A stretch of DNA of 64,000 nt from Candidatus Woesearchaeota archaeon (GTDB lineage: Archaea > Nanobdellota > Nanobdellia > Pacearchaeales > GW2011-AR1): the NCBI GenBank assembly GCA_964514585.1, contig CAZETU010000003.1, forward strand, positions 64,001-128,000. The letters run 5' to 3'. The notes under the pieces were generated by a model. It did no database searches and was not told where the DNA came from. It was given only the letters and a program-made list of their open reading frames with translations. Both the position numbers and the translations under genes were made by a program. Shown one piece after another: positions 39,142 through 48,071 of the stretch. How positions within the stretch are numbered: position 1 is the stretch's first letter; the number at the start of each line of letters is the position of its first letter.

Positions 39142-42135
39142 ATGAAAAAGAGGTTAATAATTTTATTTTTAATTGGAATATTTTTATTCAGTTTTAATTT
39201 TGTTAATGCCGCGACTAATGTTAGTGAATGTGGAATTTTAAGCGAGGGGGATACTACTTATGTTTTGAATGTTTCTTTGAATTCAGGAGATTCTTGTTTA
39301 TTTGTAAATACTTCTGATATTATCCTAGATTGTTCAGGATATAATATTACCTATGGAAATTCTACCGATCCAGGATTTGGCATTTTGGCTATTAATCTCA
39401 CGGCAGGAGATCTTTCTGGATTAAATAATGTAACTATTAAAAATTGTAACTTTGTTCAAAATGAAACGGCTACGAATACTAGTTCCGCTATATCCTTTGG
39501 AAGTGGTTCTCAGAATGGGGTTATTTATAATAATACCTTTAATGTTGTGGGAAACAGAACGATGGGGGTTTATCTTACGGAGAATGCTTCGAATATGTCG
39601 ATTTATGGGAATACTTTTACAATTGAAAGTCAGGATAGTTGGGGAATTTATTTTTACGAAGGTTCTGAAGATTGCAGTATTTTTGAAAATACAATTACAT
39701 TTAATAGTACTGCTGGAAGCAATGCCTTGATAATTCATATTGGCGATGATTCTAATGGTGCAAATATTACTTCAAATAATATAACTGCTTTTGGAGGTGT
39801 TTTATATGGAATAGATTTGACTGGAGAAAACTCGACCATTGAAAATAATGATATTAATATTTCTGGAGATGACTCTGCAGGGATTTTTATTTGGGAAAAT
39901 TCCGAAAGTATGAATGTTTCTAGGAATAGGATTACTGTTGTGGGGCATTTAAGTTTAGGGATTAGTACCCAAGATAATACTACTGGTATGAATATCAGTT
40001 TGAACAATGTTACTCTTTCTGGAACTGTTTCAGGGAATAGCAACCCCATACCAGGGATTAAAATAGGACCAAATGGAACAGAGTTTAGTGTGAATTTCAA
40101 CATTATTGATGTTTTAGGAAATGAATCTTCGGGAGTTCTTATTATGGATGATGCTTCTTCGGGAACTATATATAGTAATACAATTAATATCTCGGGGGAT
40201 ATGAATTCTCGTCAAGACCACGGAAGAGGAGGAATTATGGTAGATACTGGAGTTTTTGATATAAATATGTCTTCTAATACTATCACAACTTCTGGCGTTA
40301 ATTCGACTGGGATTTTTGTTTGGGGGAATTTGTCCTATGTTGATTTAAATAATATCACAACTTCAGGGATTAATTCTTATGGAATTTTTTTAAGTAGTGC
40401 TGAGGAGATGGATTTGACGAATAATAATATTACCACAACAGGAAATAATTCAGAGGGGATTCTTGTGGAGATGTCTTCTGATGATTCAAAAGTTTATAAT
40501 AATTTAATCAATACTTCTGGAAATTCTTCTCATGGAATTTGGTTAGATAGTTGCACCGATGGAAATTTATCAAATAATAATTTAACTGGAACGGGGGGTT
40601 ATGGAATTTATTTAAATGATTGTAATGATTCTTTGGCTTATTCCAATACAATTGTTAATGCAGAAACTTACGGGATTTATGATTATGTGAGCACTTCTTC
40701 AAATATTTCTTCAAATACTGTTTCTGGGACAGTTTATCCTGGTTCGGGGTCTTATGTTTATGGAATTAGAGTACAAAATGGAACTTCTGTAAATGTTGAA
40801 TTAAATACTTTATATGGAAATGACGAGGGCCCTGGAACTTATTGTGGTGGAATTTTAATTTGGATTGCAAATGTAACGGCCTCTTCAAATATAATCTACG
40901 AAGATACAAATGATAGTTGTACTTATCCTATAGCCATTTCTATGTATCTTAATTCGGGGGAAAATGAAATTACTTTAAATAATAATGAGATAAATTCAAG
41001 TCTTGGAAATAATAGTTATGGGTTAGGCCTTGGAACTAATGCTGAGGCCTCTAATGAATCTTTTGGAGATGTAATATATGGGACGGGTAATGTGATTAGA
41101 AATGCAGATGTATGTATAAGTGCAGAAGCTGGAGACTATACAGTTTATGGTTTCGCTTTAACGGATTGCGGAACTTATGATGCTTCAGTTTTAAACGGAG
41201 GGCTTATCTCCCCCATTATTAATACTACCATGGTTTTAATTAATTCATCTTTAAATGAAAGTAGGCTAAATGTTAATGAAGCTTGCAATATAACTCTTCA
41301 AGAATATGTTAGGAGTTATGTTGATGATGGAACTTCTGCGCTTTCTGGAGCAACAGTTGTTTTGACAAACAATAATAGCGCAGAACAGCAATGGAGTAAG
41401 ACAACTGCTTCAAATGGGTACACTTCCTATGGTGAAGCAACCTATTATTTTTATAACTCTACTGGTGGGTATAATTATAGTTCAATGACTGTAAGTGTTT
41501 CTAAGACGGGATATGATGCTAATTCTGGGACTTCGGTTATAAGTGGGCAATCAACGATGAGTGTTAGTTTGGCTGCGGAGGAAAGCAGTAGTAGTACAGG
41601 GGGTAGTAGTTCTGGGGGAGTATCATCTACTTCTTTTTGGACTTCAACCTATGTTTTAAACAGTCAAGAACTTAAAGATTTTGAGGAAAGTGAATTTATT
41701 AAATTGCTATCTGTAAAGAATAGGGTAGAACTTAAAATTAATGGGACTAATCATCATGTAGGCGTTGTGGAATTGACTGGGACCATGGCAACAATAAATG
41801 TTTCCTCGGTTTCTCAGCAGGCAGTTTTTAACATTGGTGATGAGAAAATGTTTGATGTTGATGTTGATGGTTACTACGATATGTTGATTAGTCTGATAAA
41901 TATCTCTTCAGAGAAGGTGAATGTAAGTTTGAAAGCTATAAATGAGCCTGTGGTGGATATATTGGGAATAGATAATACCGATAATAATTCAAGTGAAAAT
42001 ATTGAAGGAGTAAATGATGATACGAAAGTTGCTGAAAATAACAAATGGATTTTTGTTGGGGTGTTTATTATAATTGCTTTAGGTTTGTCCATTTTTTATT
42101 GTTTAAAATATTTTAAAAAGAAGGAAAGAAAGTGA
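39142..42135 (+). CDS. Large surface protein with parallel beta-helix (NosD/pectin-lyase-like) repeats and a C-terminal TM anchor
   Basis: Repeated NNxITxxGxxSxGI; signal peptide; TM followed by KKKERK. Confidence 0.8.
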   Translation: MKKRLIILFLIGIFLFSFNFVNAATNVSECGILSEGDTTYVLNVSLNSGDSCLFVNTSDIILDCSGYNITYGNSTDPGFGILAINLTAGDLSGLNNVTIKNCNFVQNETATNTSSAISFGSGSQNGVIYNNTFNVVGNRTMGVYLTENASNMSIYGNTFTIESQDSWGIYFYEGSEDCSIFENTITFNSTAGSNALIIHIGDDSNGANITSNNITAFGGVLYGIDLTGENSTIENNDINISGDDSAGIFIWENSESMNVSRNRITVVGHLSLGISTQDNTTGMNISLNNVTLSGTVSGNSNPIPGIKIGPNGTEFSVNFNIIDVLGNESSGVLIMDDASSGTIYSNTINISGDMNSRQDHGRGGIMVDTGVFDINMSSNTITTSGVNSTGIFVWGNLSYVDLNNITTSGINSYGIFLSSAEEMDLTNNNITTTGNNSEGILVEMSSDDSKVYNNLINTSGNSSHGIWLDSCTDGNLSNNNLTGTGGYGIYLNDCNDSLAYSNTIVNAETYGIYDYVSTSSNISSNTVSGTVYPGSGSYVYGIRVQNGTSVNVELNTLYGNDEGPGTYCGGILIWIANVTASSNIIYEDTNDSCTYPIAISMYLNSGENEITLNNNEINSSLGNNSYGLGLGTNAEASNESFGDVIYGTGNVIRNADVCISAEAGDYTVYGFALTDCGTYDASVLNGGLISPIINTTMVLINSSLNESRLNVNEACNITLQEYVRSYVDDGTSALSGATVVLTNNNSAEQQWSKTTASNGYTSYGEATYYFYNSTGGYNYSSMTVSVSKTGYDANSGTSVISGQSTMSVSLAAEESSSSTGGSSSGGVSSTSFWTSTYVLNSQELKDFEESEFIKLLSVKNRVELKINGTNHHVGVVELTGTMATINVSSVSQQAVFNIGDEKMFDVDVDGYYDMLISLINISSEKVNVSLKAINEPVVDILGIDNTDNNSSENIEGVNDDTKVAENNKWIFVGVFIIIALGLSIFYCLKYFKKKERK

Positions 42136-42203
42136 ATTTTTTAAGAAAAGGTAGGTTTGGAAATAATATGTTTTATCGACGCTAATGGCGCAACTCCCCT
42201 GAT

Positions 42204-42318
42204 CTGCCCCAACCGCGCACGACCCCAGTCAAGCATCCTAAGGTGATGTCGTTTGTGTTTGCTTTATACTGATTGGGGGATTTTCTTTATAAGTCTTGTC
42301 GACCACTAGATGGTGACG
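42204..42318 (+). repeat. Core-plus-arm element type III, copy 2
   Basis: Core CTGCCCCAACCG; 38 nt identical to 32729-32766; ends TATAAGTCTTGTCG. Confidence 0.85.
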
Positions 42319-42432
42319 GAAGTCTCAGAAGTCTCAAATTCTGGGAGTTTTATTTTGAATTCCGACTGAGACTTTATTATAGAAATTTAATAAAAAATAA
42401 AAAAATATGATCAAGAATTAATACTCCTTATC

Positions 42433-42564
42433 TTAATCTTCATCTTCATCAGAATCTTTATCTTCTTTCTTATCTTTGCTCTTATCTTCTTCTTCAGATT
42501 CTTCTTCTTCTTCAGATTCTTCTTCTTCTTCAGATTCTTCGTTTTCTTTTTTTGCTTTTCCCAT
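42433..42564 (-). CDS. 43-aa highly acidic peptide MGKAKKENEESEEEEESEEEEESEEEDKSKDKKEDKDSDEDED
   Basis: Manual translation; GGAGGTATAAAAATG ribosome-binding site; below the ORF-track cutoff. Confidence 0.6.
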   Translation of the reverse strand: MGKAKKENEESEEEEESEEEEESEEEDKSKDKKEDKDSDEDED

Positions 42565-42864
42565 TTTTATACCTCCATTTAGTTAAATCTCTATAATAAA
42601 ATGCCTTAAAAGCCTTCCTTAGAACAAAGTGTAACTTAAAAGGGGCATAAAGTTTAGGCACAGATTTAAATACCAATAATGAAGATATTTTCAGATTATT
42701 TATGGGGGGATGCTTTGCCAATGGGTAAAAATAAAAAGTATATTCAGAATATTTTAAAAACATTACCTGCATCAATGAGCGCTGGAATTACAGGTATGAT
42801 TAAATAGGAGATTGTGGCGAAAGTTATAAAATTAATAAATAAAATATATTGTTAGTAATTGGGA

Positions 42865-42945
42865 TTACTTTTTATTTTTCTTTTTTTTTGCTGGTCTTTT
42901 TGCTGCTTCTTTTGCAGCTGCTTTCTTTTTCTTTTTTACTGGCAT
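42865..42945 (-). CDS. 26-aa highly basic peptide MPVKKKKKAAAKEAAKRPAKKKKNKK
   Basis: Manual translation; GGAGGTATAAACATG ribosome-binding site. Confidence 0.6.
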   Translation of the reverse strand: MPVKKKKKAAAKEAAKRPAKKKKNKK

Positions 42946-43095
42946 GTTTATACCTCCCTTTAATTTAGGTTTGTAAATTAACCTGATTCATTATATTTAT
43001 TTGGTATTTAAACTCTCTTATTTAAATGGTGTTTTGTTGAATCTCTGAAATAATTAAGTTTATATATTGTTGAGAGAGTGGGGCAGGATTAAATT

Positions 43096-44460
43096 TTATT
43101 TAGAATTCTTTTTTAATTTAATTAATTTTTCATATTCTATTTTCTCCGTTTTATATCCCCTTGAGACATCACAATAATCTCCTGTATACTTCAGGATAGA
43201 AAGAAGCAAGCGATCTATAAGGCTGATTATTTCCTGGTAAGTTTGTACCTTGTTAATCCCTTCAGGAAATCTCCCTTTATGTACAAAATACTTTCTATAT
43301 TCAAAGAGTTTTTTATCTTCAGTTCTATATAGAAATTTAAAGTCCCTTTTTATTCTTTCAATTGAATCTTGAAGGCTTGGGTTATTATAAGATAATTTTG
43401 AACAGATATCATTAATATTATCCTTGCTTAAATTATGTTCTTTTGGAAGGATTTTTTTTAATTTTTTTGGCTTAAGTTTTAAACTGCTTTCAATCGGATC
43501 TTCCCTTTCCTGATAAAAACCTTGCAAATTCTCCCCGAGAGTTTCTAATATAACATATCCAATCAAGCATCTCAATTCCATATAAAATGCAGATTTCATT
43601 GCAGTATAAAGATTGAAAAGGACTGGAAGTCCAATATTATCTTTATATTTGATATAATTCGGATATACTTCTTCAATAAAATCAAATAATCCTTCCGGGG
43701 GCAAATGATGAATTAAATAATCTCCAGCCCTGAACGGTCTTTTGCCTATATTCGTTGCCTCTCCCCAAACTTTTTCCCCTTCCCTGAGATGGAAAGATTT
43801 TGAAGGTATTATATCAACTCCCCTGGCAAAAGAAAGCAAATAGCATACATTTTCGACAATACCCTTAACTTCTTCGTGATTTTTCAGAGAAGTTTTAATA
43901 ATAATTTCTGTCGTAAAAGCACCCGTATCCTTAAATTCTTTTTTTAGAGCTTTGATTAATTTATCATAATCATCGAACTGTTTAAAGATAAGTTCATAAT
44001 TTCCCACGGTGATTCTACTCCTATCTAATCTCCAGCCCCCTTTTTGGGAAACTGTTCTTTCGGTACCAACAAATTCAAGATTAGTTATTAAAAAATGTAT
44101 TTCTTCATCGTCTTTAGAATCTTTAAATCCCCTTTTTCCGATTATAACATTCGAAAATATTTTAAATTTTAATGTTGCCATAAAATTTTTAATGTTTGCT
44201 CCTATAAAATAAGCCTCTTCGACCTGAATATTCATCCCTGATTCTAATTCTCCATTAATAGAGCACCTTAAACGTGTTTCTTTTTCATTATGTTTTTCCA
44301 TTAAAAACTTTGAAAATTCCTCATTTACTCTCAACTCTACAAATATCATACTTTCTTCGGAAATTTTTTGATCTATTATAAATTGAGATTCAAATTCTTT
44401 CTTAAATTCAGGAAAATAAAATTTTCCGCCACCTTTTGTTTCCATAAAAACCCATAACAT
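43096..44460 (-). CDS. ApeA-like protein with a C-terminal HEPN motif (putative antiviral RNase)
   Basis: Beta-rich N-terminal part, helical C-terminus with YRKYFVHKG (Rx4H); family call tentative. Confidence 0.55.
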   Translation of the reverse strand: MLWVFMETKGGGKFYFPEFKKEFESQFIIDQKISEESMIFVELRVNEEFSKFLMEKHNEKETRLRCSINGELESGMNIQVEEAYFIGANIKNFMATLKFKIFSNVIIGKRGFKDSKDDEEIHFLITNLEFVGTERTVSQKGGWRLDRSRITVGNYELIFKQFDDYDKLIKALKKEFKDTGAFTTEIIIKTSLKNHEEVKGIVENVCYLLSFARGVDIIPSKSFHLREGEKVWGEATNIGKRPFRAGDYLIHHLPPEGLFDFIEEVYPNYIKYKDNIGLPVLFNLYTAMKSAFYMELRCLIGYVILETLGENLQGFYQEREDPIESSLKLKPKKLKKILPKEHNLSKDNINDICSKLSYNNPSLQDSIERIKRDFKFLYRTEDKKLFEYRKYFVHKGRFPEGINKVQTYQEIISLIDRLLLSILKYTGDYCDVSRGYKTEKIEYEKLIKLKKNSK

Positions 44461-44490
44461 CCAAACTATTTAAACAATTATATATCAAAA

Positions 44491-44519
44491 CCCCCTCAAC
44501 CGCATCCTAACCCAATCAG
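44491..44519 (+). repeat. Scrambled remnant of a type III element (CCCCCTCAACCGCATCCTAACCCAATCAG)
   Basis: Contains CAACCGC, GCATCCTAA and the reverse complement of CTGATTGGG, all present in 42204-42318. Confidence 0.45.
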
Positions 44520-44575
44520 ATAAGCTAATTCCCCTATCTTGTGCCTCTTTCTTCAATTTTTCCAACAAGGAAGTT

Positions 44576-44701
44576 TCAATCCAAACATGTATCTTCGAGT
44601 TTCTCTTCATCGAATACAATCCCATATTTAATTTTCAAGATCTCTAAGATTCGTTTCAACTTTCTAATAATTTCATCAGCATCTACTTTCTCATAAGGCA
44701 T
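44576..44701 (-). CDS. 41-aa hypothetical protein MPYEKVDADEIIRKLKR...
   Basis: GGAG-preceded ATG overlapping the MT-A70 stop; the ORF-track TTG at 44779 overlaps MT-A70. Confidence 0.4.
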   Translation of the reverse strand: MPYEKVDADEIIRKLKRILEILKIKYGIVFDEEKLEDTCLD

Positions 44702-45257
44702 TTTGCTCTCCATTGAATTTATTTGTCTGATTGCCCCAAGAATCCCATCCAGCCATACTTTCTCTAGCAAATAATTCAACTCTCGGTAAGTTTCCCATTA
44801 AATCAACAATCTTATCACGAATTTCATCAGGCTTTCTAGAATGCTCCCTTCTTTGAGATAAAACTATTTGAGGAATATTTGCCGATTGTCTTTTTAATTT
44901 CCCCTTAATTCCCAAAACACAGATTTCAGAATTAGCACGAGTCCAAGCACCCATCCCTAAAAATGGTTTTCCATTTCCCTTATTCGTTTTAACCCAATTA
45001 AAGGCAACAGTCACATAACGAAAGCCCCATTGCTTAACAGTTTCAATAGCTTCTGGTAAAATACCTAATGTAACCCATAAGAATAAAGCACAATTTTCAT
45101 CAGCAAATTCATCAATAGGAAAGTTGTGAATATCCTTTATTGGAACCGTTGGATAATGTTTGCTAACGTCAGTTGAATATTTCCATGGCGGATCGGCATA
45201 AATGATATTATATTTTTTATCGGATTTTACATTCCATTTGAAATCTTTTCTTTTCAT
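44691..45257 (-). CDS. MT-A70 (Ime4/METTL3-like) adenine methyltransferase
   Basis: IIYADPPW, ALFLWVT, WGFRYVT.AFNWVK, HSRKPD, VELFAR. Confidence 0.92.
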   Translation of the reverse strand: MKRKDFKWNVKSDKKYNIIYADPPWKYSTDVSKHYPTVPIKDIHNFPIDEFADENCALFLWVTLGILPEAIETVKQWGFRYVTVAFNWVKTNKGNGKPFLGMGAWTRANSEICVLGIKGKLKRQSANIPQIVLSQRREHSRKPDEIRDKIVDLMGNLPRVELFARESMAGWDSWGNQTNKFNGEQNAL

Positions 45258-45290
45258 AAATCCTAGAATTTATTAATCCTTAAATAACGC

Positions 45291-45336
45291 CGAGTGAAAA
45301 AAACTATGTAGAAAAGTTTGTAGAATTTTTCACTCG
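45291..45336. promoter_or_regulatory. Perfect 11-bp inverted repeat CGAGTGAAAAA-N24-TTTTTCACTCG immediately upstream of the transfer-module TATA
   Basis: Seen directly between the divergent MT-A70 gene and pilin/VirB4 operon; function (oriT or operator) inferred. Confidence 0.5.
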
Positions 45337-45369
45337 TATACCTATATAAAACATCCATCAACAGACAGC

Positions 45370-45552
45370 ATGGAAAAATGCAAGGTTTGTGGTGTGGAAT
45401 CGATCCACGAGAAAGGTGTCTGCAGTTCTTGTACCGAATTTTTCAAATGGAAGTATGGGGAAACCTTTGAGGAAAACTTGAAGATTTTTCTAGAAACCCT
45501 TGAAAAACCTAAACTAAATTTCAGGAGGAAACGATGGGAAAAAAGACACTAG
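45370..45552 (+). CDS. Small zinc-ribbon protein
   Basis: CKVC...CSSC; first gene of the transfer operon. Confidence 0.6.
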   Translation: MEKCKVCGVESIHEKGVCSSCTEFFKWKYGETFEENLKIFLETLEKPKLNFRRKRWEKRH

Positions 45553-45872
45553 CTATCTTTGCGATAACGCTTATTGTGTTCACTTTTTTGATTCAATTTG
45601 TTTTGGCTGTTGATTTTGATAGTGATATATCAGATGAAGACAAAGAAGCATTTGATGAGATTCTTGAACCAGTAATGAAGATCTATAATTTTGTCAAGTA
45701 TAGTGCCAGCGTAATTGCTGTTATGGTTTTGTTGTTTGCAGGTATAACGTATATTACTGCAGGAGCAGATCCTGGGAAGCGAGAAAAGGCAAAGAACATG
45801 GCAACATATGTTATTGTAGGGCTCGTTGTTATTTGGGCAGCACCTTTGATAGTAAACTTTGTCGTTGGATAG
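45534..45872 (+). CDS. TrbC/VirB2-like pilin
   Basis: Signal peptide plus two TMs joined by AGITYITAGADPGKREKAKN. Confidence 0.75.
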   Translation: MGKKTLAIFAITLIVFTFLIQFVLAVDFDSDISDEDKEAFDEILEPVMKIYNFVKYSASVIAVMVLLFAGITYITAGADPGKREKAKNMATYVIVGLVVIWAAPLIVNFVVG

Positions 45873-47262
45873 CATGGAAAGATTTTCTTTTTTTGGAGCT
45901 CTTGTACTATTAATTATAGTGCAATCTCCCTTTATTTTTTCTTATTCCTGCGACGATATGTCTGGAGAAATTAAGGACGCCTGTTTAGATATTTCTGGGA
46001 GTGACTTAAGTGATTCTGAGAAAGAGTTATTAATTTCAAATTTAGAATATGAGAATAATCTTGAGCCAAATCACTTTCTTATTTATGGTAAAAATACTGG
46101 TTTACAAATTGAAAATGTTCCCTATGGAATTCAAACTTTCAACGATAAATATATAGAAAATGCATGGATGAAAATTTTCACTGCAATGCCTTTGGTAGTT
46201 TATCAGGATTTTCTTTATGTTCCAAGAAATACAAAAGTGTTAACTGGTTTTCATTATGAATTTAATGAGCCCGAAGATTATCGAAGTTCGGGATATCCAA
46301 GGACTTCTAATGGAGATTGCAGAACTTGGTATCGACTTCTTGAAAAAACAGAAGAAAATAAAATTTATGTAAATGGGGCTTATCAGGGGCAAGGGCGATT
46401 GGTTCCAATTACAATAAATCAAGATTCTAAGATTGAGTCAGTTTATGCGGTTAAGATAAAATATGATGTTGATTATTATGAATGGGATAGATATTGTTGC
46501 AAGAGAAGTGATGGGCGATGCGTAAAGTATTGTTATGATTGCGATTATGATCATAATGAAACAAAAGCAGGACAAATAGAAATTAGAGATTCTATTGATG
46601 TTAAAATTTATGAGAATAATCTAGTGGCAGATATTTTGGAGATAACTAATGATGGATATTCCTCGAGGGTAAAACTAGATTATTCTGATTCCACCGAGGT
46701 TTCTTTTGTTAATTCTGAATATAATTATCATAAATATTTATTTGAATTTACTAATTCATTTCCGCCCTACAATATTTTGACCTTAAAGGCAACGAATTAT
46801 GGCGGAGAAACATTAACTAATCTTTTTAGGGAAGATGATTCGCTGATAGTTAATAATATTGAAGAATGTGCTATAAGAGGTTTTGATTTCTTTAATGAAG
46901 TAGAAAGTGAATGTTCTTTAGAAAATAGTTTTATTGGTTTGAAAATAAAAACCGATAAGTTAAGGTATAACAACGGGGAAGAAATTGAGATTGAAATCTT
47001 TCCAGAAGATGTTCTTGTAAATTTAACTTATGCAGGAGAATCTTATCTAGTGAAAGACCGAGTAACCCTAAATGCCATCGAGCCTTATAATAAAATAACT
47101 ACGGTATACCATGGGGAACTTTCAGAAAAAATAATTTATATTAAGAATAAATCTAGATTAACTTTGCTTTATAATTTATTTATAATCATTCTAGTTTTTG
47201 TTATTTTATATGTTATAATTAAAAAACACTGGAGGCAAATATGGGAGAATGTGGCTTATTAA
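45859..47262 (+). CDS. Exported Cys-containing protein with a C-terminal TM, in the transfer operon
   Basis: Signal-like N-terminus, YCCKRSDGRCVKYCYDC, C-terminal TM; overlaps both neighbours. Confidence 0.65.
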   Translation: MSLDSMERFSFFGALVLLIIVQSPFIFSYSCDDMSGEIKDACLDISGSDLSDSEKELLISNLEYENNLEPNHFLIYGKNTGLQIENVPYGIQTFNDKYIENAWMKIFTAMPLVVYQDFLYVPRNTKVLTGFHYEFNEPEDYRSSGYPRTSNGDCRTWYRLLEKTEENKIYVNGAYQGQGRLVPITINQDSKIESVYAVKIKYDVDYYEWDRYCCKRSDGRCVKYCYDCDYDHNETKAGQIEIRDSIDVKIYENNLVADILEITNDGYSSRVKLDYSDSTEVSFVNSEYNYHKYLFEFTNSFPPYNILTLKATNYGGETLTNLFREDDSLIVNNIEECAIRGFDFFNEVESECSLENSFIGLKIKTDKLRYNNGEEIEIEIFPEDVLVNLTYAGESYLVKDRVTLNAIEPYNKITTVYHGELSEKIIYIKNKSRLTLLYNLFIIILVFVILYVIIKKHWRQIWENVAY

Positions 47263-48071
47263 ATTTAGCAAGTTGTATTCCTGAAAAACTTTATGGGTTT
47301 TTTATTTCTGTTTTAAATGCTCCATTAAAACCGCTATTGGGTTTTATCAAGAGTTTGTTGACCGAGCCAGTTAACATAAAAGTTTTAGCACCTATTTGGG
47401 CAATTATCCTCTATGTTTTGTCTATATTTTATGGATTACTATTACTTTATGCTGGGATGAATTTTATGTTTTCAGGGCATAACGAGGTTAAAAGAGCAAA
47501 ATCAAAAGAATGGTTTCAAAATGTTTTCCTAATGATTTTATTTACCCAAATGTCTTTCTTTTTATATGCGATGATTTTAGATGTCTCTAGCTTATTAACT
47601 GCAGGGATGATGAATCTTGTTAATGAAGAGTTCTTCCTCTTGACCGCAGATAATATAATTAACATAGGATTGCAGTTTTTCTTTGCACTATTTTACGTTT
47701 TAACATTACTCCTCACGATGTTAATTCTTATGATAAGATATTTGACAGTTGCGATAGGTGTTGTTTTGTTCCCAATTGGAATCTTTCTATATTTTATTCC
47801 TCCAGTTCAGGATTATGGAAAATTAATATTAAATTATCTTGGCATTTGTATCTTCATTGGGTTTTTTGATTCAGTAATTTTTCTAGTAGCTTCTCAGTTG
47901 ATCCAAATTCAAATTTTTGAGAATATGAAAATTATGGTTATGATAGGAACTTTTTCTATGGCTAATTTGTTGATGCTCTATCTTCTATTTTTCTCGATTA
48001 TTAAATCTGCATTAAAAACTACTGCCTCGGTTGCAAGACCAATAGTTTCAGTTGCAAAATATTTCGCATGA
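47241..48071 (+). CDS. VirB6/TrbL-like polytopic membrane protein
   Basis: Multiple TMs; position between pilin and VirB4; RYLTVAIGVVLFPIGI. Confidence 0.6.
   Translation: MGECGLLNLASCIPEKLYGFFISVLNAPLKPLLGFIKSLLTEPVNIKVLAPIWAIILYVLSIFYGLLLLYAGMNFMFSGHNEVKRAKSKEWFQNVFLMILFTQMSFFLYAMILDVSSLLTAGMMNLVNEEFFLLTADNIINIGLQFFFALFYVLTLLLTMLILMIRYLTVAIGVVLFPIGIFLYFIPPVQDYGKLILNYLGICIFIGFFDSVIFLVASQLIQIQIFENMKIMVMIGTFSMANLLMLYLLFFSIIKSALKTTASVARPIVSVAKYFA

Noticed and set aside
42321-42373. 8-bp inverted repeat AGTCTCAG...CTGAGACT
   Set aside because: Single occurrence with a long spacer; no function can be supported.
42530-42775. 81-aa ORF overlapping the acidic peptide
   Set aside because: Out of frame with the ORF that has a strong ribosome-binding site; probably spurious.
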